NCBI GenBank assembly: GCA_963734535.1
Contig: CAVTHS010000008.1
Span: 32,001-96,000, forward strand
DNA: 64,000 nt
DNA from: an uncultured Chloroflexia bacterium
GTDB taxonomy: Bacteria > Chloroflexota > Limnocylindria > Limnocylindrales > CSP1-4
Direction: 5' to 3'
The notes beneath the pieces were generated by a model. The model made no database searches. It had not been told where the DNA came from and saw only the letters and a list, made by a program, of their open reading frames with translations. The position numbers and the translations under genes are program-made. Each line of letters opens with the position of its first letter. The stretch's first letter is position 1. Below are positions 59,279 to 64,000 of the stretch, piece by piece.

Positions 59279-62200
59279 ATGGACCGGGTCATGAGTCCGG
59301 CGTCCCCGGGCCCGTCCTCCGACGGCCGTGGCCCCGGCGCGCCCCGACGGACGCCGGCCCGGCCGCACAGCGTGGAGCCCACCCGGTCGCGCAGCGCGGA
59401 GCCCGCGCGGCTGCCCGAACCAACGCCTCGCGAAGGGGCGGTGCACGCCCGTATGCCTGCCGAGGCACACGTGCTGGCAGGGCCCGTGGCGACGCCGGCG
59501 GAGGTCTTCCGGCTGCAGGCGCTGGCGGGCAACCGGGCCGTGGCGGGCCACCTGCAGCGGCTCACCGTCCAGCGCGAGGCCACGACCCCGACCAGCTCCG
59601 AGCTGGACGCTGCCCTCGACGCCAAGGACAAGGGGAAGGTAAAGGGCTGGTCCGAGTTCCCCCACCTGACGCAGGGCCAGCTTACGAAGATCGTCGACCT
59701 CATCACCGACACCTGGGTCGTGGGTCCGGTCGACGAGGCGACGCTCGAGGCGGCATGGCGGGCGTATGGGCCCGAGGGAAGCCTCACGGAGAAGGACCAC
59801 GACCTCTGGGTGCGATGCCTCGATCGCGGCGTGAGCCCGCTCCGGGTCCCCTGGATCTACGAGCTGCGAACGCAGTTCGCCCAGGACACCCGCGACCACG
59901 CATACCGGACGCTCGAGACGAACGACCAGTACCTCAAGGACGAGGCGACGACGCTGGGCGTCGCCGTGGACGGGGGCGGGAAGCCCGCCGAGCCAGCCGT
60001 GCCGGCAAAGACACAGGAGCAGCAGGTCGAGGATCGCCAGAAGGCGGCCCGCCTGATCCGCGACCTCCAGCGAGCGCGCGCCGCCCTGCTCCAGATCGAG
60101 TGCGGGTACGCCGAGCCGGAAGGCCACCAGCAGGCGGACCAGCCGATGACGCCAAGCGGCACGCGCGTCAAGTTCAACCCCGACGCGCCTCCTCCCGGGA
60201 AGACGAATGGCAACGAGTCGCCCCCGATGGCGCGCTACGAGGAACTGAAGGCCGCCGACAGCGCGGCGGACGGGGTCATCTCCGCGATCGCGAGCACCAG
60301 CCCCGCCCTCTTCGCGATGCTCGCTCAGGGAAACCTCGACGCCTTCGCGGATGCGACGGACACCAGCGTCGCCCAGGCCCAGGTCGCCGCCACGTTCGCG
60401 AAGGTCCTGGCCGCGATCAAGGAGACGCGCGCCAAGCTCGAACCGCCCGGCGCGGACCTGCCCTTCCAGCATCTCAAGCCGGTCCACGAGCGCCTCTTCA
60501 CGGACCCATCCAAGCCGCGCTGGGGGAAGCCATTCGCGAAGGCCGAGGCGCAGCGCTACGTGGAGGATGAGAAGGGCAGCGAAGCGCAGATGCAGGCGGC
60601 GCTCGGGATCGCCGCGCTCGTGCTCCTCATCACGATCTCCATTGCCAGCGGAGGGTCGGCCTCCATCGCCGTCACGCTGCTCTCCGACATGGTCCAGGTC
60701 GGCGCGTCGGCGGCGAGCGCCGGGATGAGCTGGGAGAAGGCGAACACGCTCGCGACCGCGGCCTCCACCACCACGCGAAGCGATCTCGCGCTCGTCGACA
60801 AGGGTGAGGCGGACAGCGCCCAGGCCGAGGCCGTCCGCGACACGATCTTCGCGCTCGTCGATGTCTATGGAGCCGGCAAGGGGCTCGTGAAGGCGGCGAT
60901 GACTGGGATGGAGGCCAAGGCCGCCCTGGCCGGGCTTCGGGCGACGCAGGCGGACGTGTCGAAGCTGCGCGGCCTCGAACAGCTCAGTGTCGCGGAACGG
61001 GAGACCACGCTCGGAGCGGCGATCGAGCGGGATGGGGTCGCGGCCACGCTCGCGAAGTCGGGCAAGAGCGCCCAGGATCTCCTGGCGCTCGTGTCGAAGG
61101 AGGGCGCCGCGGGTACGCGCCTGGGCCAGTACGTGGCGATGCTCGCGAAGAACGGCGGGGCCGCGCTCAAGGAACTCGCGCCACGGCTCGGCAAGCTGAC
61201 GGAGCTGACCGCGAAGGAGGCCGACGAGGCCGTCTCGACGGGGCTCGAGTTCTTCGGTCCGGGGCGGACGCTCGAGATGGCGGGTGGCTTCGAGACGCTC
61301 CAGGCCAAGGTCGGTCATGGCGCCCCGTCGCTCGCGCGAATCGAGACCTGGCGGGACGGCTTGAAGCGGGACCTCGGGACGTTCCTCGAGGAGCGCAGGG
61401 CGGGATCGCGTGGGACCGGCGCGGCGACCGACGTCGCCTCGAAGTCGGGCGCGATGACGTCCTCGGCCGCCGCGACTGCCGAGGACCTCCAGGCCGCACG
61501 TGCCTTCGTCGCGGCGCGCTCCGGCGTCGGCGCGAGCCGCGTCGACGAGATCCTGCAAATGGGGCTCGCCTCCGCGGAACAGCTCGAGAAGTACGCGGCA
61601 GCGGGTCCGGGGGTGCACGCCCTGTTCGAGTCCGCCGCGACTCGCGAGGCGCGCGCGGAGGCACTGCTTCGCCTTGTCAATGAGCGCCTCGGAGAGCGCG
61701 GCATCCCGCCGGCGACCTACGGCTTCCAGAAGGAGGCGGGCGCATCCTTCGAATGGAAGGAGTGGCGCGTCAACTTCAACGACGAGCTGCTTCGCAAGCC
61801 GCGCCTCGAGCCGAAGGAGTTCACCGAGCTCCTGGAGCACGCCTACCACGAGGCCCGGCATGGCGAGCAGTTCTTCATGATGGCGCGAGCCCAGGCGGGC
61901 GACGAGGCGACCCTCGCGTTCATCACGAAGAAGCTGGGCCTGCCCGAGAAGGTGGCCAGGCTCGCCCACGACGACCCGCTGTGGCGCGACGCGCCCGGGT
62001 TCGACGATGCGATGAAATGGTTCGAGAGCATCTACGGGGCGGGCAAAGAAGCCCGGTCGGTGACGCTCAAGACCCTCACCAGCACCGAAAAGGACTACCT
62101 GTCGAAGCGCGCGACCCAGGAGCTGGCCGAGTCGAACTACAAGGAGGTCCAGGCCGCGCTCCAGGGCGGTACCGCGACGGCCGCGTCGAAGGATCGGGCG

Positions 62201-62482
62201 CTGGCCCGCTGGAGCTCGGCCACCACCGAGGCCGACGCGGCATACAAGCCGTACGAGGATGCATTCAAGGCCTACAAGGACCTCCCGGAGGAGGCCGACG
62301 CCTGGAAGGTCACCGAGATGATCCAGCAGCGCCTCAAGGGCTATCGCGACGAGCTCGACGCCGCCGAGCGCGAGCTCCAGGAGGCCCAGACCCAGCGGAC
62401 GCCCAACCTGGGTGGCGGAAGCACGCCGCCCGACACGACGCCGGAGCCACCGCCGACGCGACGAGAGGGGAACAGGAAATGA
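59279..62482 (+). CDS. Large putative toxin/effector (eCIS-effector-like N-terminal motif, central hydrophobic segment, C-terminal HExxH domain)
   Basis: RLQALAGNRAV..LQRLTVQR; hydrophobic ALGIAALVLLITISIASGG; YHEARHGEQF and PEEADAW. Confidence 0.7.
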   Translation: MDRVMSPASPGPSSDGRGPGAPRRTPARPHSVEPTRSRSAEPARLPEPTPREGAVHARMPAEAHVLAGPVATPAEVFRLQALAGNRAVAGHLQRLTVQREATTPTSSELDAALDAKDKGKVKGWSEFPHLTQGQLTKIVDLITDTWVVGPVDEATLEAAWRAYGPEGSLTEKDHDLWVRCLDRGVSPLRVPWIYELRTQFAQDTRDHAYRTLETNDQYLKDEATTLGVAVDGGGKPAEPAVPAKTQEQQVEDRQKAARLIRDLQRARAALLQIECGYAEPEGHQQADQPMTPSGTRVKFNPDAPPPGKTNGNESPPMARYEELKAADSAADGVISAIASTSPALFAMLAQGNLDAFADATDTSVAQAQVAATFAKVLAAIKETRAKLEPPGADLPFQHLKPVHERLFTDPSKPRWGKPFAKAEAQRYVEDEKGSEAQMQAALGIAALVLLITISIASGGSASIAVTLLSDMVQVGASAASAGMSWEKANTLATAASTTTRSDLALVDKGEADSAQAEAVRDTIFALVDVYGAGKGLVKAAMTGMEAKAALAGLRATQADVSKLRGLEQLSVAERETTLGAAIERDGVAATLAKSGKSAQDLLALVSKEGAAGTRLGQYVAMLAKNGGAALKELAPRLGKLTELTAKEADEAVSTGLEFFGPGRTLEMAGGFETLQAKVGHGAPSLARIETWRDGLKRDLGTFLEERRAGSRGTGAATDVASKSGAMTSSAAATAEDLQAARAFVAARSGVGASRVDEILQMGLASAEQLEKYAAAGPGVHALFESAATREARAEALLRLVNERLGERGIPPATYGFQKEAGASFEWKEWRVNFNDELLRKPRLEPKEFTELLEHAYHEARHGEQFFMMARAQAGDEATLAFITKKLGLPEKVARLAHDDPLWRDAPGFDDAMKWFESIYGAGKEARSVTLKTLTSTEKDYLSKRATQELAESNYKEVQAALQGGTATAASKDRALARWSSATTEADAAYKPYEDAFKAYKDLPEEADAWKVTEMIQQRLKGYRDELDAAERELQEAQTQRTPNLGGGSTPPDTTPEPPPTRREGNRK

Positions 62483-62898
62483 CCCGTCGACCCGCTGCCG
62501 GGCCAGCGCTGACGGCGATCGTCGGGTCGGCGCTCGCCGCGCTGCACGACCACCCCGGGGATCCACTCGCCGTCGCCGGCGTCTTCGGCCCGGTGGCCGA
62601 GGTCGGCGCAGGCGAGCCCCCCGTTCACGTCCTCGTCGACCAGGTGGTTGCGGTCCCCGGCGCGGCGATGGCCCAGGTGATCCGAAGCGACGCCGGGTTC
62701 GACGTCGTCCTCGACCTCCGGGGGATCGAGGGTCGGGTCGAGCAGCTGGTCCGGGCATTCGGCCCGTCCGATCCCGACTTCGGCTTCCGCGGCGAGTCGA
62801 TCTTCACCTGGCCGCTCGACGATCGGGCGAGCCTGGTGGCGTACTCGGACGACGGCTCGCTGGTGAATCGCATCGTGGTCCGCGAGGGCCGTCGCTGA
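62479..62898 (+). CDS. Small protein coupled to the putative toxin (candidate immunity or accessory protein)
   Basis: ATGA overlap; 139 aa; no family recognised. Confidence 0.7.
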   Translation: MTRRPAAGPALTAIVGSALAALHDHPGDPLAVAGVFGPVAEVGAGEPPVHVLVDQVVAVPGAAMAQVIRSDAGFDVVLDLRGIEGRVEQLVRAFGPSDPDFGFRGESIFTWPLDDRASLVAYSDDGSLVNRIVVREGRR

Positions 62899-63215
62899 GC
62901 GTGCTCCATTCCCCGGGCTGACGGCTTGACGGGCCGGGAGCCGTCGGTGCTGCACTGCCGACGCCCAGCCGGCTGCAGCGATGCGCTGCCGCCGTCTGCC
63001 CGCAACGGGCATGCCGAAGGAAGATGGCGCCCTGGCCCGCGTGCGACACCGACTCGGAGGCTGCATCACAGCCACCCATGGCCGCCGGACGTCCGGCGGC
63101 CCCGCGACGCGCCGGCCACCCGCAGTGGTGGTGGTAGGGTGAGCGAACCTCCCGGGCGCCGGGTCGTGCCGACCAGCGGCCGGCCCGCCTGGGACGCTGG
63201 ACGCACACGGTCGCC

Positions 63216-64000
63216 ATGACGTCCCCGCCGTTTCGGGTCGAACCCGTCCCCGTTCGCGGCACCGGCCGCGGGCCGATCGTGATCGCCGCCATCGCGGCGA
63301 CGCTGGTTGCCGTCTCGATTGTCAAGCCGTGGCCGGGCGCCGATCCCGGTACGGCGGATTCGTCGCGGGAAGTCGTTTCGCCGGCTGCGGTCGCGGTGAA
63401 CCCCGTGGTCGACGCGCCGCCCGCACCCCCCTCGCCGGGCAACGCCTCCCCCTCGGCAGGCTTCAGCTCCCGCTCGCCGGCCAACCTGGGGCCTTCCCAG
63501 GGGATCGCCGCTGCGGTGCGGGCACCACTCGCGCCGGGTCAGGTCGCCTGCGGCTCGTCCGGATGGGGTCTCGTCACGCTGGGGAGCCTCCTGCGTTGGA
63601 CGGTCCGGACGTTGACCGCAATCACGCCAGTCGAGGCCTGGGGTCCCGGCGATCCCTCCATCCCCGTCCTCTCTCTGGGTGAATCGGACGTAGCCGGACT
63701 GGGCGCCTGCGCTCCATCGGTCTCTCCCGCGTCCGGGCAGGCGAGCAGGATCGTCGAAGCGTGGCGACGGAGCCCGGCTGGCACCATGACGACAACGGGT
63801 GCGGCGACGCCTCCCGGCCCCACGTCACTTTCGGGCGCCACAACGCCACTCTCGGGCACGGCCACGCTACGTTCGGGTGCGGCAGCGCCGGCGGCTCCTT
63901 GGGGCGCCGCGGCGCCCTCGGGCACGGCCATGACGTGGGAGCGCGTCACGCTCGCCCAGCTCGACCCGCTGCCGTCCGGCGGTCCGGCCGTCACCCGCCG
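63216..64000 (+). CDS. Membrane-anchored hypothetical protein, 3'-truncated by window edge
   Basis: Open from ATG 63216 to the end: TM + VKPW, Pro-rich linker, CGSSGWGLV, GPGDPSIP, GLGAC. Confidence 0.7.
   Translation, partial: MTSPPFRVEPVPVRGTGRGPIVIAAIAATLVAVSIVKPWPGADPGTADSSREVVSPAAVAVNPVVDAPPAPPSPGNASPSAGFSSRSPANLGPSQGIAAAVRAPLAPGQVACGSSGWGLVTLGSLLRWTVRTLTAITPVEAWGPGDPSIPVLSLGESDVAGLGACAPSVSPASGQASRIVEAWRRSPAGTMTTTGAATPPGPTSLSGATTPLSGTATLRSGAAAPAAPWGAAAPSGTAMTWERVTLAQLDPLPSGGPAVTR

Noticed and set aside
63005-63030. SRP RNA helix-8-like motif (CCGAAGGAAG)
   Set aside because: Lacks the CAGG..CC-GNRA-GG-AGCA consensus.

Overview
Very GC-rich bacterial DNA. The gene repertoire and the S/A/P-rich linkers suggest Chloroflexota (Limnocylindria-like) or a related actinobacterium-like lineage; this is inference only. 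Many otherwise intact genes carry single-base frameshifts, most likely long-read assembly errors. From left to right the window holds: (i) a LacI/GH31/carbohydrate ABC locus (3.9-10.8 kb); (ii) a ~10 kb conflict/defence-like island (11.2-21.7 kb) encoding an ARPP-1/DUF6569 protein, an apparent EEP nuclease/phosphatase fused to a Mesh1-like HD hydrolase, a SauUSI-like PLD-SF2 helicase-DUF3427 protein, a NERD-SF1 helicase, a Fic protein and a RecB/Cas4-like Fe-S nuclease; (iii) an lsr/rha-like sugar uptake and catabolism locus with a clear palindromic operator and a convergent dehydrogenase pair (21.8-33.2 kb); (iv) assorted housekeeping and accessory genes; (v) an HTH + PD-(D/E)XK nuclease gene set in repeat-rich flanks that include an exactly 50-bp-periodic array (55.7-57.7 kb); (vi) a 1067-aa eCIS-effector-like HExxH protein followed by a coupled small gene that may encode immunity (59.3-62.9 kb). 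No rRNA, tRNA, transposase, integrase or canonical CRISPR-Cas locus was recognised.
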